Virus record (IMG/VR): IMGVR_UViG_3300011339_000175
Location: 1-33,974 of that record
DNA: 33,974 bases
From: a virus
Lineage: Duplodnaviria > Caudoviricetes
Strand: one strand, 5' to 3'
Part shown: one piece after another, positions 1-7,484 of the stretch
Layout: the number at the start of each line of letters is the position of its first letter
Numbering within the stretch: the stretch's first letter is position 1
Position numbers and translations under genes: made by a program
The notes under the pieces: generated by a model
Databases searched by the model: none
Told to the model about the DNA's origin: nothing
Seen by the model: only the letters and a program-made list of their open reading frames with translations

Positions 1-2
1 TA

Positions 3-311
3 GACGAATTACATAATGTTTATATAACTACACCTTTAAACAATCAAGGTTTAATTTATGAAACTTCAACGCAACTTTGGAAAAATAAAACAATAGATAA
101 AACTTTTGTTGGATTAGGAAATGTTGATAATACTTCAGATGCAAATAAACCAGTTTCAACTGCTCAATCTACTGCTATAAATGCAAAAGTAGCTGATAGT
201 ATAACAGATGGAGTTACAACTATTGCACCAAGTCAAAATGCAGTCTTTGATGCATTGGCTTTAAAACCAGACGAATTACAAGTAGTTCTTTTATCACAAG
301 TATTTTCATAA
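3..311 (+). CDS. C-terminal fragment of tail fibre protein (5'-truncated allele of 30769..31911)
   Basis: Frame 3 reads DELHNVYITTPLNNQGLIYETSTQLWKNKTI...LQVVLLSQVFS*, matching the end of the 380-aa ORF, with 31 extra aa including VGLGNVDNTSDANKPVSTAQ. Confidence 0.85.
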   Translation, partial: DELHNVYITTPLNNQGLIYETSTQLWKNKTIDKTFVGLGNVDNTSDANKPVSTAQSTAINAKVADSITDGVTTIAPSQNAVFDALALKPDELQVVLLSQVFS

Positions 312-329
312 CATAAAAATAAAAAAAAA

Positions 330-689
330 ATGCCAATAAGTAAACAAATATTAAGCGGGTCAACGGGTGGAATGCCTATTAAAGTAGTAGCAACTGCAAC
401 AACTGGAACAACAATACACGCAACTGGAACAAGTGCATCTGTAATTGATGAAGTTTGGCTTTATGCTACTAATACTTCAGCAAGTGCCGTAACATTAACT
501 TTAGAATATGGCTCTACAACTGCACCCGACCAAAATATAATACTTTCAATACCTTCTAAAAGTGGTTTAACAATATGTATAACTGGTTTAATTTTAGTAG
601 GTACTGGTTCAGCAGCAAGAACAATAACTGCTTTTGCAAGTGCTGCCAATGTTATTAATATTGTAGGTTATGTAAATCGTATATCATAA
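330..689 (+). CDS. Small tail-fibre-associated virion protein (allele 1)
   Basis: 119 aa, Thr/Ser/Ala-rich and beta-like, directly after the tail fibre; second allele at 31930. Confidence 0.65.
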   Translation: MPISKQILSGSTGGMPIKVVATATTGTTIHATGTSASVIDEVWLYATNTSASAVTLTLEYGSTTAPDQNIILSIPSKSGLTICITGLILVGTGSAARTITAFASAANVINIVGYVNRIS

Positions 690-1522
690 TGGGTAGATTT
701 GATTTTAAAACAAGAACGGGACAAATATCTACAATTATACAAAGTGGTATTATTGATGCCGATGCACAAGCATTTTTTAATAGAGTAATAGCAGCGGGTG
801 GAACTTTAACAAGTACAGAGCAAATAGCAATTAATGACCTTGTATTAAATATGAAAAGTGCGGGGATTTGGAACTCTATGAAAGCCATTTATCCAATGGT
901 TGGAGCAAGTGCTGCAGCTTGTGCACAGAATTTAAAATCTTCAAGTTTTACTGGTACATTTACAAGCGGTTGGACTTTTGCGAGTACTGGGGTAACGCCT
1001 AATGGAACGAGTGCATATTTTGATACTGGATTTATTCCGAATACAAGTTTAACATTTAATAGCGTAAGTTTTTCTGTTTATTCACGAAATGATTTTACAC
1101 CCTCAACTAACAAAAGTTTTGGTTGTGCTATTGGTGCTTTATCTTTGCCAATTATGGGAGCAACTTTTGAAACAACAAAACGCTATAATAGTTTCATTTA
1201 TAGTTATAATACTCCCGATATTTTAAGTTCAGCAATTAATCAAAATTTTGCAGCTTTGTTTTTAACATCACGAACATCTAATTCTTCTGCTAAATCATTT
1301 AGAAATTCATCAAATATAGCATCTGTAACAACAAATGGTCAAACAACACAGCCAACAAATTCATTTTTATTTGGTGCATTAAGATTACAATCAAGTATAG
1401 TTGAATATCTTGATTTTCAACACGCATTTGCTCATATCGGAGACGGCTTAAACGACACTCAAGCATCTAACTTTTACACAGCAGTACAAGCATTTCAAAC
1501 AACTTTAAGCAGACAAGTATAA
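689..1522 (+). CDS. Putative receptor-binding/tail protein, possible lectin-like (LamG/ConA-like) beta-sandwich
   Basis: 277 aa, Ser/Thr/Asn/Phe-rich, TAATG-coupled within the tail-fibre module; fold is inference. Confidence 0.55.
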   Translation: MGRFDFKTRTGQISTIIQSGIIDADAQAFFNRVIAAGGTLTSTEQIAINDLVLNMKSAGIWNSMKAIYPMVGASAAACAQNLKSSSFTGTFTSGWTFASTGVTPNGTSAYFDTGFIPNTSLTFNSVSFSVYSRNDFTPSTNKSFGCAIGALSLPIMGATFETTKRYNSFIYSYNTPDILSSAINQNFAALFLTSRTSNSSAKSFRNSSNIASVTTNGQTTQPTNSFLFGALRLQSSIVEYLDFQHAFAHIGDGLNDTQASNFYTAVQAFQTTLSRQV

Positions 1523-1743
1523 TGGAAGGATATATTTTAACAATAGAGCAAAAAGAAGAAATACAAGGGGTATTTTATTCAACATACGAGTTTTTTAATT
1601 GTGTGCAAGATATCAACGATATTTGGTTTTTATTTTTATCAGAGCAAGACAAAGAAACAATTATCAATACACAATGGAATTGGTTGTTGAATTTAACAGA
1701 AGGAGAATATGTGCCTAAACCTATAATAATACCAAATGAGTAA
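1522..1743 (+). CDS. Small acidic protein, possible tail fibre chaperone
   Basis: 73 aa, translationally coupled to the 277-aa gene. Confidence 0.55.
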   Translation: MEGYILTIEQKEEIQGVFYSTYEFFNCVQDINDIWFLFLSEQDKETIINTQWNWLLNLTEGEYVPKPIIIPNE

Positions 1744-1918
1744 AGAAACATTAGATAAGTTATTAAGTAAATGGATAAGCCGAAAGCTATTAGTATTTTT
1801 TGTGGCTTGTGTAGGGTTGTTTTTTAGTAATATAACATCAAGTGACTGGGTAATTGTTGCAACTGCTTATATAGGCATTCAAGGTTTTACTGATATAGTC
1901 GCTAAAATAAAAACATAA
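1736..1918 (+). CDS. Putative holin
   Basis: 60 aa with two hydrophobic segments (LLVFFVACVGLFF; WVIVATAYIGIQGF) upstream of the endolysin. Confidence 0.6.
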   Translation: MSKETLDKLLSKWISRKLLVFFVACVGLFFSNITSSDWVIVATAYIGIQGFTDIVAKIKT

Positions 1919-2088
1919 TGATACCTCAATCCCTTAAAATCTACGCCTTGAATACTGCCTCGATGATTATTTCATTCAGTAATATTGAACAGACATTGAA
2001 AATAATACTTTTGACTGTATCAATAGTCTATACTATTATTCAAACTATCAAATTATTAAACAAAAAAGAAAATGACACAAATAAGTAA
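1918..2088 (+). CDS. Small membrane protein, putative holin/antiholin (56 aa, not in ORF track)
   Basis: MIPQSLKIYALNTASMIISFSNIEQTLKIILLTVSIVYTIIQTIKLLNKKENDTNK*; TAATG-coupled and overlaps the endolysin start. Confidence 0.6.
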   Translation: MIPQSLKIYALNTASMIISFSNIEQTLKIILLTVSIVYTIIQTIKLLNKKENDTNK

Positions 2089-2527
2089 ACATTTAACTCT
2101 AGAGGAGTTGACCTATTCTGCAACTGCAATCAAATTAGGCATCGTTAATTCTCCAACTCCTATTCAAATTGATAATCTTAAGAAATTAGCCGAAAAAGTA
2201 TTTGAGCCAGTACGTGAACATTTCGGTGTGCCTATTCATATCTCTTCCGGTTACAGAATAATGAATCTTAACCAAGCATTAAACGGAAGTATCACTAGCC
2301 AACATTGCAGAGGAGAGGCAATCGATATTGATATGAAAGGCGATAAGGTAACTAACGCTCAAATATTCCATTGGATTAAAGATAACTTGAAGTATGACCA
2401 GTTAATTTGGGAGTTTGGAGACAAAAAAAATCCGGATTGGATTCACGTATCTTATTGCAAAGATTACAGACAACAAACTTTAAGAGCAGTAAAGGTTAAC
2501 GGTAAAACACATTACGAGAAGTTTTAA
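2072..2527 (+). CDS. Endolysin, peptidase M15 family (zinc peptidase)
   Basis: ISSGYR, SQHCRGEAID (H-x6-D) and WIHVSY zinc-ligand motifs. Confidence 0.88.
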   Translation: MTQISKHLTLEELTYSATAIKLGIVNSPTPIQIDNLKKLAEKVFEPVREHFGVPIHISSGYRIMNLNQALNGSITSQHCRGEAIDIDMKGDKVTNAQIFHWIKDNLKYDQLIWEFGDKKNPDWIHVSYCKDYRQQTLRAVKVNGKTHYEKF

Positions 2528-2604
2528 GCAATCAAAATACATTTTTGGTATACTTATATAGTTTAAAAATTATCGCCTCTTAAAACGCTTTAAATTGATT
2601 AATT

Positions 2605-2805
2605 ATGATAATAGCATTGTTACTTGTATTAAGTTTATTTGTAGTAGTTAATTTTGCAAACTGCGATATTATTTTTGCACCGATAAAAGGTTTGATGTTC
2701 GGAGCGTTATATAATGACGAAATATTTGACGAAGAGACAGAGCATACTATTCAAGTATTGCTCTTTTTTTTCTCTGTTAATTTCATTTGGAGTACATTTG
2801 AGTAG
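2605..2805 (+). CDS. Hypothetical membrane protein
   Basis: 66 aa with hydrophobic N- and C-termini. Confidence 0.55.
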   Translation: MIIALLLVLSLFVVVNFANCDIIFAPIKGLMFGALYNDEIFDEETEHTIQVLLFFFSVNFIWSTFE

Positions 2806-2834
2806 TAAATTTAGTAAGAATTTTATCACTCTGT

Positions 2835-2861
2835 AAAGTCCTATAAAATAAGGGATTTTTT
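2835..2861 (+). terminator. Possible intrinsic terminator
   Basis: AAAGTCCT-ataaaata-AGGGATTTT followed by a T run; weak stem. Confidence 0.4.
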
Positions 2862-2990
2862 GCTAGTTTAAAGAAAACAAAAAAGTAATGTACTTATACC
2901 TTTATTAAAAAATTGTTGATAAAATACCCTTTAAAATCGATTTTAGCGTTTTTTTTGTATAGATTTACATAAATAACTAAAAATAAAACT

Positions 2991-3827
2991 ATGTCAAAAT
3001 ATCAAGATTTGCACAGTAAAATTTTACCACTAATTAAATATAATTACAATAATACTGACATCGCTAGGAGGTTAATTCCGGATGGAGATTATACAGAAAT
3101 CGAAAATTTACGAAAGTACATAGGCAAAATTAAGACTAAAGATTTAGGAAATTTAGAGCCATATACGCAAGGCAATCCGAACAACATTTTAATTATTGGA
3201 GACTTACACGCTCCATTTAATTTGCCTAATTATTTAGAGTTTTGTCTTGAGCAACAAAAAAAGTTTAAATGTGGGACAGTAGTTTTTATTGGAGACGTTA
3301 TCGATAATCACTATTCAAGTTATCACGAGAGTGACCCAGACGGAATGTCTGCCGGAGACGAATTAGACATCGCAATTTGCGAATTGCAAAAGTATTACAG
3401 AGTATTTCCTAAGGCATCTGTTATTATAGGCAATCACGATAGGTTAGTTTATCGTAAGGCATTTACTGGAGGAGTCTCAAGACGATGGATAAAAGAATAT
3501 AAAGAAGTTTTAAAAGTGCCGAATTGGGATTTTGTAGAAAGTTTAGATTTATTCGATGTTAATATTAATCACGGAGAGGGAGGAACTGCTAGAAGTAAAA
3601 TGAAAAAAGAATTACAGAGTCAAATACAAGGACATTTACATTCAGAGTTATATATTGATTATATAGTAGGAAAGAATTTTAGAATCTTTGGAATGCAAGT
3701 TGGATGCGGGATTGACAATAAAAGTTATGCAATGGCCTATGGCCGCAATTTTAAAAAACCGGCCATAGGTTGTGGAGTACTTTTAAATAAGGGGACTCTG
3801 CCAATAGTTATACCAATGCAGTTATAA
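2991..3827 (+). CDS. Calcineurin-like metallophosphoesterase
   Basis: GDLH, GDVID, GNHD, NHG and GHLH motifs in canonical order. Confidence 0.88.
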   Translation: MSKYQDLHSKILPLIKYNYNNTDIARRLIPDGDYTEIENLRKYIGKIKTKDLGNLEPYTQGNPNNILIIGDLHAPFNLPNYLEFCLEQQKKFKCGTVVFIGDVIDNHYSSYHESDPDGMSAGDELDIAICELQKYYRVFPKASVIIGNHDRLVYRKAFTGGVSRRWIKEYKEVLKVPNWDFVESLDLFDVNINHGEGGTARSKMKKELQSQIQGHLHSELYIDYIVGKNFRIFGMQVGCGIDNKSYAMAYGRNFKKPAIGCGVLLNKGTLPIVIPMQL

Positions 3828-3851
3828 ACATTTTTAGTAAATAAGTTATTT

Positions 3852-3881
3852 ATTGATATATGAATTATATTTCTATCTTTG
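3852..3881 (+). promoter_or_regulatory. Bacteroidota housekeeping-type promoter
   Basis: -7 element TATCTTTG at 3874-3881; ATTG at 3852-3855 as -33. Confidence 0.65.
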
Positions 3882-3885
3882 GCAC

Positions 3886-4211
3886 ATCAATTAGGATGCA
3901 ACCTATTGATTTAGGTTGTTGAATAATTACAGAAACACACCCTATTAAGACTTGCATCCTCTTGATAGGGTTTTTTGTTACCTAAACAAATCGACATAAG
4001 GAATTAAGGGGAAGATTACAACAATTTGACTTATGTTTAAAGCACTAAAATGGGCTTCTAATGGTGCAACTGTGAACGAAACTGCAACGGTCTAACGAAG
4101 TAGAATCAAACAGAGAGTAAAGGTATTAAATGAAAAATATTAATATCTGGATTAAGACTAACGTACTTATTCCCTAAGGCTTCCTCTGTTTACTCACCAG
4201 CTCTAATCTTC
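3886..4211 (+). ncRNA. Putative structured RNA: switch/kissing-loop leader with terminator and downstream stems
   Basis: Hairpin 3886-3910 and terminator hairpin 3940-3976 have complementary loop regions (AGGATGCAA / TTGCATCCT); further stems 3993/4037, 4042/4067, 4108/4191, 4121/4148, 4011/4211. Confidence 0.55.
3940..3976 (+). terminator. Intrinsic terminator/attenuator
   Basis: CCCTATTAAGA-cttgcatcc-TCTTGATAGGG then TTTTTTG. Confidence 0.75.
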
Positions 4212-4267
4212 AAAGTAGTATAATATATTATATACTTAATACTAATTAATAACTAAATAGATAATAT

Positions 4268-4999
4268 ATGAAAGTATGTAGTACTTGTAAAATAGAAAAA
4301 GAATTAACTGAATTTCATAAAAAATTAAATTATTTACAAAGTCTATGTAAAAATTGTCAATCAATTTATTTAAAAAAATATAGATTAAAAAATAAAGAAA
4401 TTTTAAAAGAAAAATCTAAAATATATGTAGAAAACAATAAAGAAATAATTAAACAAAAACAAAAAGAATCTCATAAAAAATATTATTTAGAAAATAAAGA
4501 AATTATAAAAGAAAAAAATAAAATTTATCAAAAAGAAAATAATAGAATAGAATATCATAAACAATATAGATTAAAAAATAAGGAAAAAATAAAAGAATAT
4601 CATAAACAACATAATTTAAACAATAGAGATAAAAAAAATGAATATTATAAAAACAAAAGATTATTAGATAATTTATTTGATTTAAAAATTAGAATAAGAC
4701 AAAGTATAAGAGTTACTTTAAAAAGACAAAATTTTAATAAAAATTCCAAAACATCAGAAATATTAGGATGCTCAATTCAAGAATTTAAAAATTATTTAGA
4801 GTTACAATTTACAAAAGGAATGACTTGGGAAAACGCTGTAGAATGGCATTTAGACCATATTTATCCAGTATCACTTGCAAAGAATGAAGAAGAACTTATA
4901 AGATTAAACCACTATACAAATTTTCAACCTTTATGGGCAAAAGACAATTTACAAAAGAGCAATAAAATAATAGACAATAAACAACTAAAATTAATATGA
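4268..4999 (+). CDS. HNH-type (homing) endonuclease with N-terminal zinc finger
   Basis: CSTC...CKNC, long Lys/Glu helical linker, WHLDHIYP...NHYTNFQPLWAKDNLQKSN; very AT-rich. Confidence 0.8.
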   Translation: MKVCSTCKIEKELTEFHKKLNYLQSLCKNCQSIYLKKYRLKNKEILKEKSKIYVENNKEIIKQKQKESHKKYYLENKEIIKEKNKIYQKENNRIEYHKQYRLKNKEKIKEYHKQHNLNNRDKKNEYYKNKRLLDNLFDLKIRIRQSIRVTLKRQNFNKNSKTSEILGCSIQEFKNYLELQFTKGMTWENAVEWHLDHIYPVSLAKNEEELIRLNHYTNFQPLWAKDNLQKSNKIIDNKQLKLI

Positions 5000-5208
5000 G
5001 TGACATATCAAAATGTTTAGACAGTTTATGTCCAAGTAAAGAGTACTGCCATAGGTATACTGCTCCGGTTGGATTATATCAAAGCTATGGAGGATTTAAC
5101 AGAGAAGAGGATGCCGATAATTGCGATATGTTTTGGCCTAATGGTAAATGTCAGTTTTGTGAATATAGCCAAGAGTCAATTAACGAAATTTTAAAATACG
5201 AAGAATGA
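4996..5208 (+). CDS. Small Cys-rich hypothetical protein
   Basis: DISKC-x4-CP-x4-CHRYTAP; ATGA-coupled on both sides. Confidence 0.65.
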   Translation: MSDISKCLDSLCPSKEYCHRYTAPVGLYQSYGGFNREEDADNCDMFWPNGKCQFCEYSQESINEILKYEE

Positions 5209-5705
5209 AAACAACAGAAAACGACAACGGAAACAACATTATATTAATAGCTCTTATATTAGCTTTATTAGGTGCTATATTTTTAACGTCTTGTGGTAGC
5301 AGAAAGGTCCAGAAGTCAGAAACTAAAGAACAAGAGCAAAAAACGGAAAAAATTACCGTTGAAACTCAAACGAGAGTAACAGACAACACTAAAATAATAG
5401 ACACCTCCTCTACAGATGAGATAGAGATTATTCCGGTAGATAATACTTTGCCTATTACAGTTAATGGAAATAAATATACAAATAGCCGTATTAAGTGGAA
5501 AAAAGTAAAAAACAATATAAGTACAGTAAAAGATGTAAAAGTCCAACACAACGCAGAAAAAAGCGGTTTAAAGACGGTTAAAAGAGACTTAATAATCGAA
5601 AGGAAACTAATAGACAGAAAACAATCTTACTGGTGGTTACTTTGGTTTTTGTTATTAATACCGGCTTACTACGTTTGGAGAAAGTATAAAGGTTTTTTTA
5701 TATGA
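5205..5705 (+). CDS. Lipoprotein with C-terminal TM helix, putative unimolecular spanin
   Basis: Hydrophobic signal ending in lipobox LTSC; C-terminal YWWLLWFLLLIPAYYVWRK. Confidence 0.6.
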   Translation: MKTTENDNGNNIILIALILALLGAIFLTSCGSRKVQKSETKEQEQKTEKITVETQTRVTDNTKIIDTSSTDEIEIIPVDNTLPITVNGNKYTNSRIKWKKVKNNISTVKDVKVQHNAEKSGLKTVKRDLIIERKLIDRKQSYWWLLWFLLLIPAYYVWRKYKGFFI

Positions 5706-6253
5706 AAGATAAGAAGTGTAAAGTCTGTCAAACTAAATTTACTCCGGTCCAGTTCGCACAAGCAGTCTGCGGATATAAATGTGCTATTGAACACTCAAAG
5801 AAACTTAAAGAACTAAAAGAGCAAAGAGAGTGGAAAGCAGAGAAAGCCATTTTAAGAGACAAACTTAAAACTTTGGGGCAATATGAGGCAGAGGCAAAAA
5901 AGTCCTTTCAAAAGTACATTAGAATGCGAGATGCTTCGTTTCCGTGCATATCTTGTGGAGTAGAAAATACAGACCTTTTTGATGGCGGCCATTTTAAAAA
6001 AGCAGAGATATACTCCGGAGTTATATTTGACGAGCATAACTGTCACAAGCAATGCAGAAAATGTAATCGGTTTCTAGGAGGAAATGAATTAAATTACAGA
6101 GCCGGATTGATTCAGAGATACGGAGTTGAATATACAGACCAGATAGAAGAGAAAGCAAACAACACACGAAACTACAAGTTTTCAAAATGCGAACTTATTG
6201 CTAAAAAATTAAAGTACGATATTTTAATAAAAGAGTTTGCAAAGTCAAAATAA
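5702..6253 (+). CDS. ninG: NinG/Rap-like recombination endonuclease
   Basis: KKCKVC...VCGYKCA, FQKYIRMRD, CISCG, DGGHF, NCHKQCRKCN. Confidence 0.88.
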   Translation: MKDKKCKVCQTKFTPVQFAQAVCGYKCAIEHSKKLKELKEQREWKAEKAILRDKLKTLGQYEAEAKKSFQKYIRMRDASFPCISCGVENTDLFDGGHFKKAEIYSGVIFDEHNCHKQCRKCNRFLGGNELNYRAGLIQRYGVEYTDQIEEKANNTRNYKFSKCELIAKKLKYDILIKEFAKSK

Positions 6254-6266
6254 AACACTACATTTG
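6236..6266 (+). promoter_or_regulatory. Bacteroidota-type promoter driving the short RNA
   Basis: TTTG (6236-6239)-N19-TACATTTG (6259-6266), consensus spacing. Confidence 0.75.
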
Positions 6267-6270
6267 GAGT

Positions 6271-6344
6271 GATATTGTTTTCATAATATTATTTTTGTTT
6301 TGGTTAAGAAGTCCCAGTCTTTTATTAGGTTGGGATTTTTTTTT
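6271..6344 (+). ncRNA. Putative ~70-nt antisense small RNA against early-gene translation starts
   Basis: Bounded by promoter and terminator, no ORF; contains ATTGTTTTCAT and TTTTGTTTTGGTT, complementary to 6517-6539 and 9181-9193. Confidence 0.6.
6311..6344 (+). terminator. Intrinsic terminator
   Basis: TCCCAGTCT-tttatt-AGGTTGGGA followed by 9 T. Confidence 0.8.
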
Positions 6345-6387
6345 AAAAATAATTATCAAAATATTTTTTTATTAACAAAATGTTTAT

Positions 6388-6395
6388 TAAGTTTG
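6388..6395 (+). promoter_or_regulatory. Early operon promoter, -7 element
   Basis: TAAGTTTG about 30 nt upstream of the first early ORF (6425). Confidence 0.6.
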
Positions 6396-6424
6396 TCCTC
6401 GTTAAACAATTAAAACAAACTAAT

Positions 6425-6511
6425 ATGAAAACATTTTTATCAAAACAAAAGTACCAAGTTTACGCAATAGGAATTATTGCAGTATATTTTTTAACTAGAT
6501 TTTTTTACTAA
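6425..6511 (+). CDS. 28-aa single-TM peptide (not in ORF track)
   Basis: MKTFLSKQKYQVYAIGIIAVYFLTRFFY*, A-rich leader. Confidence 0.5.
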   Translation: MKTFLSKQKYQVYAIGIIAVYFLTRFFY

Positions 6512-6528
6512 ACTAAAACCAAAACAAA

Positions 6529-6762
6529 ATGAAAACAATTAGCGAACAATTAGGAACGATTATCGGATTAGGAATTGATTTGAATGTATTTTTTAGCGTA
6601 AATGTAACCACAACCGGAGTAACATTAATCGGTAACCATTCAGACGAAGTACAAGCGTATTTAATAACAAACGGATTTAAAGTTTATGAGTATTTATATT
6701 CTGATAATCCGGAGTGGATTGAGTTGATAAAAGACGGTTGTAGAGTAGCATTATCTAAATAA
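6529..6762 (+). CDS. Hypothetical early protein
   Basis: 77 aa, A-rich leader AACCAAAACAAAATG. Confidence 0.7.
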   Translation: MKTISEQLGTIIGLGIDLNVFFSVNVTTTGVTLIGNHSDEVQAYLITNGFKVYEYLYSDNPEWIELIKDGCRVALSK

Positions 6763-6763
6763 G

Positions 6764-6922
6764 ATGAGAAAGTTTTTATTTACATACTGGACAGAAAGGA
6801 ATGACGAAAGCACAGACGTAGAAATAGTCATCTCTGCTAATCACGAGGAAGAGGCATTATTCAGTTTTTTAGAAATGAATATAGTCTATAAAAGAATAGA
6901 ATCAATACAAGAGATATTATGA
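6764..6922 (+). CDS. Hypothetical early protein (52 aa, not in ORF track)
   Basis: MRKFLFTYWTERNDESTDVEIVISANHEEEALFSFLEMNIVYKRIESIQEIL*; tight packing. Confidence 0.6.
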   Translation: MRKFLFTYWTERNDESTDVEIVISANHEEEALFSFLEMNIVYKRIESIQEIL

Positions 6923-7095
6923 GAGTAGAGGATTGGAATTGGATAGAGATATACTGCGAAATGCGTAGAGTATTTGAAAGAGACAAAGAACTAACTCACA
7001 TAGAAGTCACATTCAACATCAAGCCGGTAGAGACAGAAAAAAAGACCGCTATTATAAACATAAAGACTTATGATGAACGAAATAACAGACACTAG
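6919..7095 (+). CDS. Hypothetical early protein (58 aa, not in ORF track)
   Basis: MRVEDWNWIEIYCEMRRVFERDKELTHIEVTFNIKP...; ATGA overlap. Confidence 0.6.
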   Translation: MRVEDWNWIEIYCEMRRVFERDKELTHIEVTFNIKPVETEKKTAIINIKTYDERNNRH

Positions 7096-7246
7096 ATATG
7101 TACTGCTTGAAGAGGGAAAGCCTTATATACTTTTACTAACTGAAAGACAAGCAAAGCAAGAGCAGCGAAAATATAAAGAGATGTATCCACATTTAGACTA
7201 TACAATCTTTTACGATGAATATTACGAGTACAGTGAATATAATTAA
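7070..7246 (+). CDS. Hypothetical early protein (58 aa, not in ORF track)
   Basis: MMNEITDTRYVLLEEGKPYILLLTERQAK...YYEYSEYN*. Confidence 0.55.
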   Translation: MMNEITDTRYVLLEEGKPYILLLTERQAKQEQRKYKEMYPHLDYTIFYDEYYEYSEYN

Positions 7247-7262
7247 CTAAAAACAAAAACAA

Positions 7263-7481
7263 ATGAAAAACTACAAGAATTGGAGTACAAAAGAACTGGT
7301 AAACTATTTAAACCAGAGTAACGAAGCATTAAGAATCGAGAACAAAAGACTAATGGATGAGAACGAAAGACTGACAATGAACATCGAAGTTCATAACGCA
7401 GAAATTTTGAGCGATTATTACAATCAAAGTTTTTATACCTTTACACAATCAAATAGTAACGTAACCTTTAAAACAAATTAA
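7263..7481 (+). CDS. Hypothetical coiled-coil protein
   Basis: 72 aa, heptads NEALRIENKRLMDENERL. Confidence 0.65.
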   Translation: MKNYKNWSTKELVNYLNQSNEALRIENKRLMDENERLTMNIEVHNAEILSDYYNQSFYTFTQSNSNVTFKTN

Positions 7482-7484
7482 AAA

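Larger units (their letters stand above)
1..1730 (+). repeat. Imperfect direct repeat, copy 1 (copy 2 at 31694..33330); apparently identical core 704..1685
   Basis: Manual alignment: offset 31693 before and 31600 after a 93-bp indel; 277-aa proteins identical; 119-aa proteins differ at 8 residues. Confidence 0.95.

Noticed and set aside
330-1522. Diversity-generating retroelement template/variable repeat pair
   Set aside because: No reverse transcriptase gene, differences are not adenine-specific, and the putative target protein is identical in both copies.
1-1730. True direct terminal repeat
   Set aside because: The copies differ by a 93-bp indel and many substitutions outside the core, and copy 2 continues into sequence absent after copy 1.
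2705-2711. Extra CGTTATA as a fifth late promoter
   Set aside because: It lies inside a coding region and lacks CAAA at the 13-14 nt spacing.
3981-4999. Group I intron carrying the HNH gene
   Set aside because: No interrupted host gene is evident and I could not identify P7 or other core elements by eye; an Infernal search would be needed to exclude it fully.
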